Source: Cyanophora paradoxa CCMP329 (taxonomy: Eukaryota; Plantae; Glaucophyta). From it: 64,000 bases of DNA. Where the stretch lies: assembly GCA_004431415.1 (NCBI GenBank), contig QPMI01000572.1:310001-374000 (forward strand), written 5' to 3'. The notes beneath the pieces were generated by a model that searched no databases, was not told the DNA's origin, and saw nothing but the letters and a program-made list of their open reading frames with translations. The position numbers and the translations under genes are program-made. Of this stretch, positions 24,664 to 40,189 are shown in pieces (positions within the stretch are counted from its first letter, which is position 1; every line of letters starts with the position of its first letter).

Positions 24664-25062
24664 CAGCTGCGAGGGCAGCGAAGGGTAAGCGGCGCGAAAC
24701 GGTTTCGCGATCGGTTTGACAGGACGGGTGCACCAGGGTTCGGAAGTAGCGGCGTCGACGTCGGCGGGGGGCAGCTAGGGCGGAGCAGGGCGGAAGGCCG
24801 CGCGCGACGACTGCAGGCTATGCGCAGAGGTTGCTACGTCCCACGGCAGTCCAGGATGAGGCGTGGGAGGCGCTGGCGAGGTGCGGCGGTCGAAGTGGGC
24901 CCCAGGGAGCCCAGGGCGCTTGACCGCAGTCCACATGTTGCGAGCGAGCGCTGCACCGGTCAGGAGGCTTGCCGCGCGCGCGGGAGGCATTCTTTTCGGT
25001 TGGCGGCAGACGGCGGGGTAGAGAGAACGGGGGCCACATTGCAACAAACCACAGTGCGATAG

Positions 25063-28000
25063 ATGCCAGGCTCCCGCGCCGCCCTCCCGCTGCTGCTGGC
25101 AGCCCTTACGGCGCTCGTCTGCATCGCCGGTGCGTTTCCGTCGCTGCCGCACCGGACCCAAACCAGCCGGATCAAATGTTTGTGGTTCTGCACTTGCGTC
25201 ACAGCTGATCGCGCGCGAAGGTGCCGGCGAGCTGGCTTTTGGACTAGACGACCTTGCGGACGCAGCGCTGAGGGCGGCGCAACGAGGCCCGTCGACGAGA
25301 GCCGTCGACCCAGTGTCGGGCAGCTGCGCGCTGTGCACGCGTTTCCAGTACAGATCGATGAATCCAGATTGCTCCTCCGAGATTCCATGCGTGCTCGTGT
25401 CGGTTCTCCTGGACGGTGCCGCCCCCGCTCGACCGCCGCCTAATCCGCATGCACGCCCGCCGCCCGCACCACTCCCGCCGCTCGCTTTATCGCTTCCCGC
25501 TTTTGCACATCTTTTTATTGCCTCTGCAAGCGCCTTTGAATGGCTCCCGCTGCTCCGCACGCGGCGGCGTCCGCCCGTGAAGCGCTTGCCCATGCTCCGC
25601 GCCGGCCGCCCGCAGGTTCCGTCCCGCTGGATGAGATCTCATCCCTGATTGCACCCCTTACTTCGGGAGGCATCATCGGTTCAACCGAGCGGTGAAGCCG
25701 CCCGACCGCCGCGCCGTCCGGTCAAACCAAACCAACCGGTTTTGCTGTGCAGGCCGGCGCCGGCCGTCAGCGCCTACGTGCGGGCCTCCGCGCTGCGGGA
25801 ACTCGCAGCCATTGCCGGAGTTCGGAGCGTCATCCCTTCCCTGCCGCCGATCCCCCGCGGGGCGGCCTCGGGCGGGGCGCCTCTGCGCGCCATCCAGAGC
25901 CAGGCCCTCACCGTGAGCGGCTCCCGTCCCTCTCGCGCTTCTCTCTGTACGCCCCGCCCACCGGTACCCGTCCCGAAGACGCTCGGCGTCGACAAGCTTC
26001 GCTCCATGTACCCCTCCATCCTCGGCCAGAACGTGAGCCCTGTACCCCCGCGGTTCAAGCGCCCAAGCCCACCTTGGCCCCCCGCCCAGATCACCATCGG
26101 CGTCGTTTCGACGTCGTACAACGACGACGGGCGCGCGGGCGAGGACATCCGCGCCGGTACCCCCGTCGGGCCCGTTCCCCGTACCCCCAGTGATCCTGAT
26201 TTCCCCTCAGGCAACCTTCCCGGCCCTGGGAACCCCAACGGGTCTGCTTTCTCCCCTCGGGCCCCTCGCGCCTCCGATCTGATCTGAACTGATCTGATCC
26301 GATCCCGCCCCAGGTTCACGCAGGAGGTAGTTGTGGTGCAGGAGTGGAACCGCAACGCCGACGGAAGGTGCCTTTTGCGTACCCCCCAGGGGCTCGGCTT
26401 AGCCCGTACTCGGGACCGGGTTCGATCCCCGCCGCGCGCAGCGCCATCACGCCGTCCGCGATCGACGAGGGCCGCGGCATGATGCAGGCACGCGGCTTCT
26501 TCCCCGCTCGTTCAGCCCCCCTCGTCCCTGGATTTATCTCTCCGCCCGCAGCTCATCCACGCCGTCGCCCCGGCCGCGCGGTGCCCCTCGAACCCCACTT
26601 TCCTGTACGCGTCGCGCTCTGATCGCCCGCCCGAAGGCTCTGCTTTGCGACGGGTACGCCCTCGGACCTCGCTTTCGCCAACAATATCAGGCGGGTACGC
26701 TTTCCTCGAGCGCGGGCTCGAATCTCGGCGCGACCCCTTTCTCATCGCGGTCCCGCGCAGCTCGCGGGGCCGCCCTGCAACGCCGACATCATCGTGGACG
26801 GTCCGGTACCCCCCGTCGCGGGATCGGCGAACCCCCTGATTCCTTCCTTCCCCCCCCCCCGCCCCCCCCCCCCCCCCCCCCCCCAGACCTGGCGTACCTG
26901 AACGAGCCGGCGTACGAGGATGGGCCGCTTGCCGTCGCCGTCCAGGACGTCGAGAAGGTGCCGTACCCCCCTCCCTTCCACCACCACCACACCCCCTTCC
27001 GCCCTGTTTGTCCGACGGCGCCGCAGCGGGGCGTCCTGTACGTGACGGCTGCGGGGAACGACCGCGGCTCGGGCGGCCACTGGCGCTACGCCCCCGCGCC
27101 AGAGGGGGGTACGCCTCCCCCAAGGCCCGCGCGTCCTTTGACCTTTTTGACACTGTACTTCCGCCCAGGGCGCAACTGCGAGCCGGGGCGTCACTTCTGG
27201 GGCCCCAGCGTTGGTCCTCCGCCGCCCCCTCTCGCCCCTCCCCGCCCCACTCACTACTCCCCTGCCCCGCCAGGTTGCCTGCAGCCGCTCGACCTCTTCG
27301 AAAGCTCCCTCGGTATCCCTTGCACCTGCCCCTTCCCCCCCCTCCCCCGCTTCTCCTCCGACCTCAAAGGAACGCCCGCTTCCCCGCCAGTCATCATGCA
27401 GTGGGACGACAGCCGTGCGCCCCGCCCCTTTCTCCCTCCCACCTCGTCCCCTGATATCCAGTACCCCATCAGAAACCCGCCCCGCCTTCGACGACGCGGC
27501 ATTCATCATGCGGTTCTATCGCCGGCAGGGTACGCGAAATCCCGAGACCTCGAGCTCTGTACCCTCCCGCCCGCCCTTCTGAGGGCCGCCCCAGGGGAGG
27601 GCGTGGGTCCCCTGGTACAGGCAACGCAGCGATACGGCTTTCCTGTAACCCTCGCCAGCCTCCCCGTGCGTGTACCCCCCTTCGCGTCCATACGTTTCGT
27701 TCGCGCCGACGGGCCGGCTTTCTCCAGGCTGGCTCCTACTTCCTCGAGGTCGCCATCGTCGTGCGCCTTTTGCGTACCCCTCCAGCGGGCCGATCCGCGT
27801 ACCCTTGACGCCGATCCCGCCCGCGCCGCAGTCCCAGCCCGTTCAGCGCGACCACATGTGCGGCGGCGGCGGCCCGGCCCGCCCCGCGCCCTCGCTCTCC
27901 TCACGCCCTCCCCCCGCAGGTTCTTCATCCTGGTCTCCGACTCGGCCACTCGCTCCAACTTCCCCCAGTTCGAGGTGCCGCTTCGCCGTACCCCCTCGCT

Positions 28001-29506
28001 CAGATGAGCGGCTGAGGGGTGCTCCGATGGAAGGCCGCCGGGGGTATCCGGGGCGACGTTTTCGGCCACGTGACCTCCAAGGCCGCCGTCGGCGTCGGAT
28101 CGTGCGCGACCAGTACCCCTATTCGCCAGTCCCACCCCCTCGGACTCCAACCCCTCCGACGCAGCTTCAACTACTTCAACCTGCGTACCCCCGCCGTCTA
28201 CTCCAGCTCCGGGCCCGGCTTCGTGCGCCCCGAAAGAACCCCGTACCCCCCGCGTCCCTCACCCCCGTACCCCCGCCAGAGCGCCTTCGACGCGTCGGGG
28301 CGGCGCCTGCCGGCGATGGAGCAGCGGAAGGCACCCCTCGTCTCCTCCGTCGACGGCACCGTGCGCCGTACCCCGGCCTCCGCTTCAACTCCGCGCGGGG
28401 CCCGATTCTATTATGGGCGCAGGACACGTCCTTCTTTGGCTCGTCGGACCCCGAGGGCAACGGGTTCGGCTCCCGGGCCGCCCCTTTCCGCGCGCGCCTC
28501 GTCTGATTCCGATCCGCTTCCGGTGCAGGCTGCCGAACTTCTTCGGGACGAGCGCCGCGGCGCCGCACGTGGCGGCCACCGCGGCGCTGATCCTGCAGGC
28601 CTCTGGTGGCTCACGGAGCCTCTCCCCGGCCCAGGCGCCCGCCCGCCTCTCCACCTCTCTTTCGTACCCCGATCTGCTCCTGCTGAAGTCCACCTCCCCC
28701 AGCTGCGGACCCTGCTGGTGGAGTCGGCCGGCAAGGGCGCGGTGTGGACGGCGGCCTCTGGGTACGGCATTTCTTCGCCCGTGGAGCCCGTCTCTCGCAT
28801 CCTCGGTGCGCCGGCGCCCGCCCCGGGGCCCGCCCCGGCCCCGGGGCCGTCGGACCCGATCCCGGCGCCCGGGCCCGCCGCCCCGCCGCCGCCGCCGCCG
28901 GAGGACGGTAGCCCGCCCCCGCCCCGCCGGGGGCCCGCGGTCCGGCGCCGATGCAGTACCCCGCGCAGGCAACCCCGTGCCCTTCGCTCCCGTCGAGCAG
29001 CCGACCACTTCCCCCTTCTTCGAGGTACTTCCCCTCTTTTTTTCTTCCCACTGAAAATTAATAATCAGCGTACCCCTGCCTCCAGACGACCGTGGGCCGC
29101 ATCGTGGTCATTGCTGTACCCATCGTCGGCTTCCTCCTGGGGCTCCTCGCGATCTACGCCTTGTGGCGCTGCTGCTGCTCCCGCCGGGTACGGCATTGTC
29201 TTGATCATGAACCATATTTCGAAAGTGCACCGCTCGGAATCGAACCCGCGGCAGGTCAAGTCCGAGGCCGGCCTGCCCACGACGGCCCCGCCGCGGCCCG
29301 CCGACGCGCCGCCCCTCCCCGCCTCCGTCTACACGCCCGCCCCGGCCCCGGGCCCCGGACCCGCCGGCCCCCGTCCCTCGTACCCCGTCCTGGCATCGCC
29401 GAGGCTGCGCGGGGCCCCAGCGCCGCCCCCGCCGCCCCCGCTCGCGAACCCCCCGGCCGCCGTCGGCAGGCGAGACGCGCCCATCTACGCCTCGGTTATC
29501 TGGTGA
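25063..29506 (+). CDS. Secreted, C-terminally membrane-anchored subtilase (S8/S53-like peptidase with DEG motif)
   Basis: Signal peptide MPGSRAALPLLLAALTALVCIAG; motifs GQNITIGVVSTS, DEGRGMMQLIHAVAP, ADIIVDDLAY, YVTAAGN, NFFGTSAAAPHVAATAALILQ; Pro-rich stalk; TM helix IVVIAVPIVGFLLGLLAIYALW followed by RCCC. Confidence 0.88.
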
Positions 29507-30383
29507 CCCCGCTTCAAAACTCCGTCCCGCTGTAAATATGCTTCTCAGGGACCTGTCGGTCCCCGATGAATCTGTCTCGATTTATCGGTAGCTGTGGTTG
29601 CTGAGTTTGGGTTTCATAGTGTAGCTGATGGAGCTGTGCTTGTGTTTGGATAGCTAGAGGATGGCCCGGGTTTTCGGGTCAACGCAGTGCTCCCGGTCTT
29701 CGAATCGTGTCCGCAGTCACAGAATTAGAATGTGCGCACATTGGCGCAGTGTCGTCGCCACTCACGGAGTCAGTGATTAGAAGATCAAGAAGTAATTGTA
29801 ATTAACGTATAACGTAATGCATTATAAGTAAATTTTATACGAAATTGACCGAACGGGCCTGAGTTTGACCGTCCGACGGTCACGGCGTCAGACTTTGAAA
29901 TTCGATTAATGATCCGATGATCGATATCATGATGCATGGCCTGGCCGCGGCCGCGGCCAGACCATGCATGCATATCATAGCACGTATACGTATGATAATC
30001 AACCGCTCCATAATTGGGCCACGGCAACCACGTGCACAATTGCAATTGCAAGCGCGCGCTTCACACGTTCGACTTCGAGTTCATAAGTAATTATAATCTT
30101 GATCCGATGTGCATATGAGAATCATGAGTGCTGCCAGGGGCTGCATCGGATCATGCATATGAGTTTTAGCTTGAATTTAATTTGCCCAACGGCTGTGCGT
30201 CCATCCTGCAACCCCAGACGAAGTCCCCCGTCCCGGCAGCCGGCAGCCAACTCCGCCAACGAGACGCGACAAGAGCAGAGGAAACTTCATCGTCTGGCAT
30301 GTACATGCAGTGCACAACCCTTGAAGCGGAGCCGCACGACCGCGAGGCCGGGGCCCGCCGGCCCACGAGCCGACTGCCTCCGC

Positions 30384-32800
30384 TCAGAGCCAGAGCTCCT
30401 CCTCGGCGAGCTCCGCCTCGAGCTCCTCCCCCGCCTCGGCGCCCTCGCCCGCCGCCCCGCCCTCCTCCGTCGCCAGCACCTGCCGCCCCGGCGCGCCCGA
30501 AGGTCAGAGGCAGGGAGGGAGATGGAGGCTGGAATCTATCTAGCCCCTGAAGAGAGTGCTACGTTTAGAGCTGGAACCTAGAGTCCAGCTTCCAAACAGA
30601 GAATGTTTAGATCAGAGCAAAGAAGGCCACCTCGGAGTCAAGGAGGCGCTCGAAGATGCCGTCCGCCTCCTCCGCCCCCGCCGCTGCCGCCCCGGGCCCC
30701 TCCAGTCAGCGCCGGCGAGGGGAAGGGGGGCGGGGGTGGGGCGCACAGCCGGAGTAGGTGTACCCGTCGAAGTCCGTCTGCGTCGACGGCTTCCAGACGC
30801 GCGGGGCGGCTGCGCGCGGGGGGATTGGGCTCGGGCCCTGGGGTACGCGATCGACACGGGTGAGGGGCCGCACCGTCGGCCTTGGGGGGGTACGCGAAGT
30901 CGTCCTCCTCGGCTTCCTCCTCCTCCTCCTCCTCCACGGGCTTGGGCTTGGGCTTGGCCTTCAGCTCGCGGTGGCGCACCTCCGGCTTCTTCTGCAAAAC
31001 CGCCTCGTGAGCGGTGGGTAGCCTGAGGGCCGCCGCTGGCGCGTCGGGGGCGCGCGCGCCTCGGGGGCGGCGCCGATGGCGTCGAGGCAGAGGCAGCCGC
31101 AGTCGTGCGGCGTCTGGCAGTCCGACGTGCACCGCTCCCCTGCAGAGCGTCAGAAGGGGGGAAGGGGGGGGGGGGGGGGGGGAGAAGTGGGGTACGCGCG
31201 CACCCGGCATGCCGTTCCCGCGGCCCAGGTCGCACTCCTGCTCAGGCGCCCCGCGGATCAGAAGGGAGGGGGCGAGGGGGAGGGGAAGGGGAGAGGGGAA
31301 CGGGGGGGGGGGGGGGGGGGGGTACTGACCTCACCGTCCTCGCGAATCCCGTTGCCGCAGACTGTGAACGCGGGGCGCGCGTCAGCGGGCCACATCACAC
31401 TTCGAGAGCGGCGCTAAGGGTACGGGGCGGGGCGGGGCGGGGGACGGGGCGCACAGGTGTCGACGACGGTGCAGTCCGGGGCGCAGCCCGAGCCCTCCTC
31501 CTTGTTCGCCTCGCCTGGCGGGGGGTCAGGCGAGGGGGACGGGTGCGGAGGAGTTGGAGGGGTACAGAGGACGCGCCAAGATCTGCGCGGGCGGGACGGG
31601 GCGGTCAGGCGCGCGGGCCCGAGGCGAGGCGGCGCGGGCCGGGCGCAGACGGACCGCACTGCTCGCCCTTGTCGAGGACGCCGTCGCCGCAGCCTGCCGG
31701 GGTACGACGCGTCGGGAGGGGGGTACGCGGGGGAGCGGGGGGGTACGCGGCGCACGAGAGTTCTCGCTCAGGGCGCGGGTCGAGACCGCCATCTGAGGAT
31801 TCGGTCAAGCCGCGGAGAGCACATGTACCCCCACGCGGAGGGGTACCGGACCTTGAGCATGGAGAGGTCCTTCAGGGCGGCCTCGGAGAGAGGCTTGCCC
31901 TCGCCCGCCTCCTGGGTACCGGGTCGATTTGGGCGCGGGGGGTACGGGTGCCGAGGGGAGGGAGGGGTACCCCGGTGATGCTGGAGAGGCAGTTGCAGCC
32001 GCAGCCGCGGGGGACCTGACAGGAGGTGAGTAGGGACGGGGTAGAGGGCGACGGGTAGAGGAGGCGGGGGGGTACCTCGCACTCCGAGGTGCAGCGCTCG
32101 CCTGGAGGGGGCAAGGGGTGAGGGGACGGGATTCGGTACGGGCCGAGGCCAACCGACTCGCGTACCCGGCATGCCGTTCGAGCGGCCGCGGTCGCAGGCC
32201 TAAGGGACGGCGCGCCCGGCGTCAGGGGGAGGGGCGGGGCAGGGTCGCGGGGAAGGTGCGCGGGGCCCGGACGCACCTCGTCGCCCTCCTTGATCCCGTT
32301 TCCGCAGAAGGCCTCGATCTTGGTGCAGTCCGGGGCGCATCCGGAGCCCTCCTCGTGGTTGCGCTCCCCTGCGGGCGCCTCAGGCCGGCGCGGCGCAGGC
32401 GGCGGGGGGCGGGCGCGGGGGACGCGCCGAGGTCTGCGGGCGGAGGGGTCAGGCGCGAGCGGCGGGGGCGCGGGAGGGGCAGCACGGACCACACTCCTCG
32501 CCCGCATCGCGGCGGCCGTCCCCGCAGACTGCGACCGAGGCGCTCGCTTGGCGTCCCGGTGCGGGGCGCAGGCGGGCGCGCGGCGCACCGGGCTTCTCGC
32601 GGGTGTGTGCGCTGCGCGAGCCCGCCTTGGTCGACAGGCTCCCGAAGCCCTTCACGTGCTGAACGGCGGCGGTCAGCTCCAGGCGCATGCAGTGCAAGCG
32701 CGCCACGGCGTCCGAGCAGCGAGCGGGTTGGCAACAGCCGTGAACAGCCCCGTCACAGCTAAGACCCCTGACTTCGAAACATGGCACGCTATCCCGCTCG
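30384..32800 (-). CDS. Protein with Myxococcus-type cysteine-rich repeats (DUF4215-like) and acidic C-terminus (start uncertain)
   Basis: Repeats VCGDGRRDAGEEC, FCGNGIKEGDEACD, CGDGVLDKGEQC, VCGNGIREDGEQECD, and GCAPDCT twice. Stop at 30386-30384 after EEELWL. Confidence 0.8.
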
Positions 32801-33433
32801 GTCCGCGCCGCGGGGCCGGTTTGTAACGCGGACTAACGGGCGCGGCGGCGTGGCCGGTCCACTCCTCCGGAGCGCTTGCAACACGATGGACGAGCTCACC
32901 GGCATTGTGGCGATTCGAAATGACGTCCGAGCGTTCGAACCGAGGCTGCGCTGTGCACTGCGTTGCACTTCGGTTAGCTGCAATTCGACCGGAGATCGCT
33001 TCTAGAGCTACGCCGAGAGTGTTATGCGCCAGCAGCAAAGCCGGGCTCAGTGCCCGGCTCACCCGCTCAGCACGGACTCCCTTGAGCGGCTGTACCCCTC
33101 GCAGGCTGTGGGCCCCGGTGTGGGGCGGCGCAGTATGCATATGCATATGGCGGCGCCGACGCTGCCAGCACAGCTGGATTCGTGGGCCAGCACAGCTGGA
33201 TTCGTGCACGTGCGTACGTGTTGTCGCTCCGATCCCCATGGCCAGCGCTGGCGCCAGCGCTAGCGCTAGCGCCGGCGCCGGCGCCGGCGCGCGAGCTGAA
33301 CGAATGATGCAATCAACGTTGCATGCTGGCTGTCGATATAGCTAGCGATAGCTAGCGCTTCAAAATCGATGAATTAAGAGCGTACATGCACATGTAAGAA
33401 TAAAAAGCAAGGAGATCAAGGCGGCATGTGCAG

Positions 33434-34703
33434 TCAGTCCGGGGCGGCCCGCAGCGCTAGCCACGGCAGCGGATCGGACTCGAAAGCCGCCTCGGCGTCG
33501 CAGGCGGCTAAGGGGTCCGCCTCGAGGGGCGCAGCCACGCCCTCGGCCCGGTTGCCCCGCAGCCGCGGCCGCGCCCCCGCCTCCGCCCGCACGCCCACCT
33601 GCCCACGTGCACGCGAGCCCGAGGCGCCGCCGGCGATCAAATTCCAGCCCCGGCGAGCCGCAGCCGCAGCCAGCGGAGCGCGCGTACCCCGAGGCTGCTG
33701 AAGACGTTGCCCTCCAGCGCGGGCCGCGCGGAGGCGCCCACCAGCACCCCGGCCCCGCTGCACCTGGCCCCAGCAGCTAAGGGAAGGGGGGGGCGGAGCC
33801 GGCCGGGCCCCTGGCCATGGGCGGACGCGCCTGGCGATCGCGTTGCCGCTGGCGACCCCCGCCGACCCGAGGAGGAACGCGATGCCGCCTGCGCCCAAAT
33901 CTGTACCCGGGCGACGCGAACGACAAAGGCCAAGGGGCTACAGCCGCAGTCGTGGATGGCGTTCCGCATGATGGTGGGGCAGGCCCTGCTCGCCTCGATG
34001 CCCACCCCGTGCGACGAGACTGCGCGAGGCCTGAGTGAGCCAAAGAAAGCCAGCGCAGCGAGCCAGGCGGGGCCGGACCGTCGCAGGCCTCGAGGAGGGC
34101 GCGGCTGCCCTCCTCGAGCAGCACGGCACGGTGGTGGAAGCCGCCCCGCGCCCGCAGCGCGAGGCCCCGCACCGTCGGCGCCGCGGGGCCCGTGCACGTC
34201 AGCGGCGTGCCCCACGCGTCCTTCTCCAGCACCGCCCCGGGCGACGCCCGGATGTGCAACTCCTTCTCCAGCACAATCGACTCCCTGTACCTGCGGCGCC
34301 CCGTGCTCAGCGCGAGCTCGAGCCACGGAAAGCAAAGAAAACGAAAGAAGCGACCTGCCGGGGGCGACGCGGATGACGCGGCCGGCGGAGGCGAGCTCGA
34401 CCGCGTCGCCGATCTTCGGCAGGCCGTGCTCGCCGCCCCGCGGATCCACCGGGATCTCCTCCTGCGAGTCGAGAGGATCGGCGGAAGTCTCTCGCTTGCA
34501 GCGCTAGCCATAGCTAGAGCGGCGCGCTCAGCGGGACGATTGGGCTGCAAGCGAGCGCGTGCAGCGCCGCTCACCACGCGAGCGAGCCGCCTGAACCTCC
34601 TACAGGTCGCTGACGCGCGCGCTCGGCTCCGCGGCCCCAGGCCTCCCAGCACGAGCTGCAGGATCTCGTCGGGCAAGACGCAGAGCGCGCCCGGTTGTTG
34701 CAT
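33434..34703 (-). CDS. F-box protein with right-handed beta-helix repeats (FBXO11-like architecture)
   Basis: F-box LCVLPDEILQLVLGGL...ASATCRRFRRL; KIGDAVELA...IRVAPGRYRESIVLEKELHI; beta-helix turns PTIMRNAIHDC, SGNAIARCSGAGV, PALEGNVF, PRLRGN. Confidence 0.85.
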
Positions 34704-34823
34704 CGCGCGCGGCTCGGCGGCTCGGCGGCGACCTCGGATGCTGGGCTGTGGGGCCGTGTTGGCACGAAGGCTAGGAGGCTGTACCCCTCAATCCAACTTG
34801 TCACTTCACACCGGCTCTCCACG

Positions 34824-37690
<2,867 letters not shown>

Positions 37691-38139
37691 GGCCCAGCGA
37701 CCGGCCCGGCCCCGCGCGAGCTCATGATCATGATCACTTTCATTCATTCAAGCCTCGAAGTATATGCAGGGCAGTGGTGATAATAATGAGCTTTTGGTAG
37801 CATGCGTTGTAGGTTTCACGGTAGCCAGCGCTATGGCTTCTACAGCTAGCTGTAGGCTTTTTCACACAGACCAGGGAGGACAGATCAAGAGCGTTCGAAC
37901 TCGAACGCTCTTGCCGCAGAATGACGTAGCTGCAGGCCCTGAGAGGATTGCAAAATCAATCTGCCACTTTCAAATGCCGCTCGAAGGGGCCGGGCGAGGG
38001 GCGGGCCGGGGGCGCAGCTAGCGCTGTGGGGCGGCGGGGCCCGGGGGCGAGGCTCTGAGACGATCCTGTGCGCCGCGGGCCGGCGAGCGTGGGATCCGAA
38101 GAAAGGAATTCGAAGCGCGGCGAGGAGGATCTAGGAGTG

Positions 38140-38696
38140 TCACGAGGCGTTGTAGATCTCGTCGACGGGGCGGCAGGGCAGGCAGGTGGAGGTTCGGCAC
38201 GAGGCGCACGCCGGCGCGTGCCTGCAGCCGCCCGCGTGCGCCTCCCGCTCCCCCAGCGGGCCCGTCCACCCGCACCCGCGGCTCCGGTGATCGCACCTGC
38301 CCCGCGCCCCCGCGCCCGTCACGCACCCACGCAGATTTGATCCGGGAGTGTGCGCATGCATGTGGCGGACCTGGCTTTGAGGGTGTTGACGGCCTGGACG
38401 TGCTGCGGTGAGAGGACGAGCTTGACGCGTGTCGTCGGCTCGCAGCAGACGGGGCAGGAGAGCTCGCCGCCCCCCCGCGAAGTCTCGTCCACGCACGCCC
38501 GGCACACGACGTGGCCCCCGCTGCACCCGCACCTTGTCTGCGCGCGCGCCTGCGGATCGGTAATAGCTCCAGATTGCGCATCCTGTGGTAAACTCACCGG
38601 TTCGCGCATGATGTCGCTGCACGCCCTGCAAACGAGGTCTTCTGCAGCGGCTTTGTCGAACTCGCCGCGCGCGAAGATCGACGAGTCCCAACCCAT
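38140..38696 (-). CDS. Small RING finger + TRAF/SIAH-type Zn-finger protein (putative E3 ligase)
   Basis: DLVCRACSDIMREP..CGCSGGHVVCRAC...SCPVC (RING), then VRCDHRSRGCGWTGPLGEREAH..C (TRAF-type finger). Confidence 0.82.
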
Positions 38697-39238
38697 CGCT
38701 CAGAGCGCTGCCAAGGCTTTGCAGTGTCGACGTCTGGGGTGCTGACAAGAACTGCTGACCGCAGCTGACGCCAGCTCCGGGTACAGATCCGCGCTGTGAG
38801 CGTCGGCCTTGGTGGCGGGGCCGCGATGGTCGCAGCGATTTAAATTAAGTGACGCGTCTAGTATTTCCGACAACAACTGTAGCCGCCCAGCGGCCCGGCG
38901 GAGCGGCTCGCTGAGTTTCGGGGGGTACAAGCTCAGATTGAAGCAAGGTAGGTCTGTCCAGCTGGCCTTCGTCGGCCTCGTCGACGTCAAAGCTCTTTCG
39001 AGGTGAGTCCAGGGTCGGAGCGAGCTTCAGGGCTTATTCCGGGCGACCCCGCCGCACGTTCGGCCCGGGCTGGCTCGGCTTTCGGTTGGATCGCTCGGGG
39101 CCCCGGCAGCGCGTCGGCAGGGGTCGACTCGACCTTTCGTGCCATTTCAAAGCTAGCGGATCGCTCGGAAGGCTGGAATGCCCCCGCCGAGCGCAGGGCG
39201 CTGACGCCGGCGGGCGGCAGGTCGCCAGCGAGGCGGCG

Positions 39239-40152
39239 ATGACGAGCGAGCTCGAGCGGGGCTTCAGCGGGCGGAGCGGAGCGCCCGGGCGCGGCCTCGC
39301 GCTCGACCTGGACAGCGATCTCCTCGCCGCCGAGGGCGACGCGGTCGACGAGGCCCCGGCCGGGGGCGATGCGGCGGCAGGAGGAGCCGCCGCGCCGGCG
39401 CCCATCGAGGAGCTCTCCGGCCGGTGCGAACCGAACTTGCTTTCTGTTGACGCATCCCTTCTTCTTTCTGAGCCGCCGCGCCCGGCCTCCCCGCCACAGG
39501 GTTGCTGCCCTCGAGGTGGCCGACGCGGGTGAGCCCTAGCCGCCCGCGCGCGCCCCGCCCCTCACCGGGCCGCTCGGCCCGGAGCCCTGGCCCAGCGGCT
39601 TAGCTTTCGCCTTGGCCAGCTCGAGCGCGGGCCTCGGCGGCTCGTCTCTGACGCGCGCGCGCGCGCAGTGCTCGCGAAACGCCTCTCGGACGCGGCAGAC
39701 GAGGCGAAGGGCGCGATCAAATTGCTCGCGGACAAGCAGACCGAGGCGCGCCGGGCGCCCGCTCGCCGCCCCGCCTCGCCCCGCCCCCGCAACTGTCTAG
39801 CCTGACCGCCCCCCGTGGCCCGGGTACGCAGCTGCGGAAGGAGCTCGTGAATTCGGACGCCCTCCTCGCCCGCGACGCCGAGTCCGCCAGCGCCGGTACC
39901 CCCCCTTCGATCCGATTCGATCGCCATACCCCGGAGACAAGCCGATCCCGTACCCCCGCAGAGCTCCGGAACCGGATCGCGGGGCTCGAGATCGACTCCA
40001 AGCAGGCATTCCAGAAGGCATACCCCGGTTTCACGGGCGCCCGTATCCCTGATCTCTTATCGCCGTACCCCCGCAGATTAAGACCGAGTTTTCAGAGCGG
40101 CTTTCGCAGCAGAGCGACGCTCTCAAGATTGCGAAGGAGGGTACGGGAGCAG

Positions 40153-40189
<37 letters not shown>

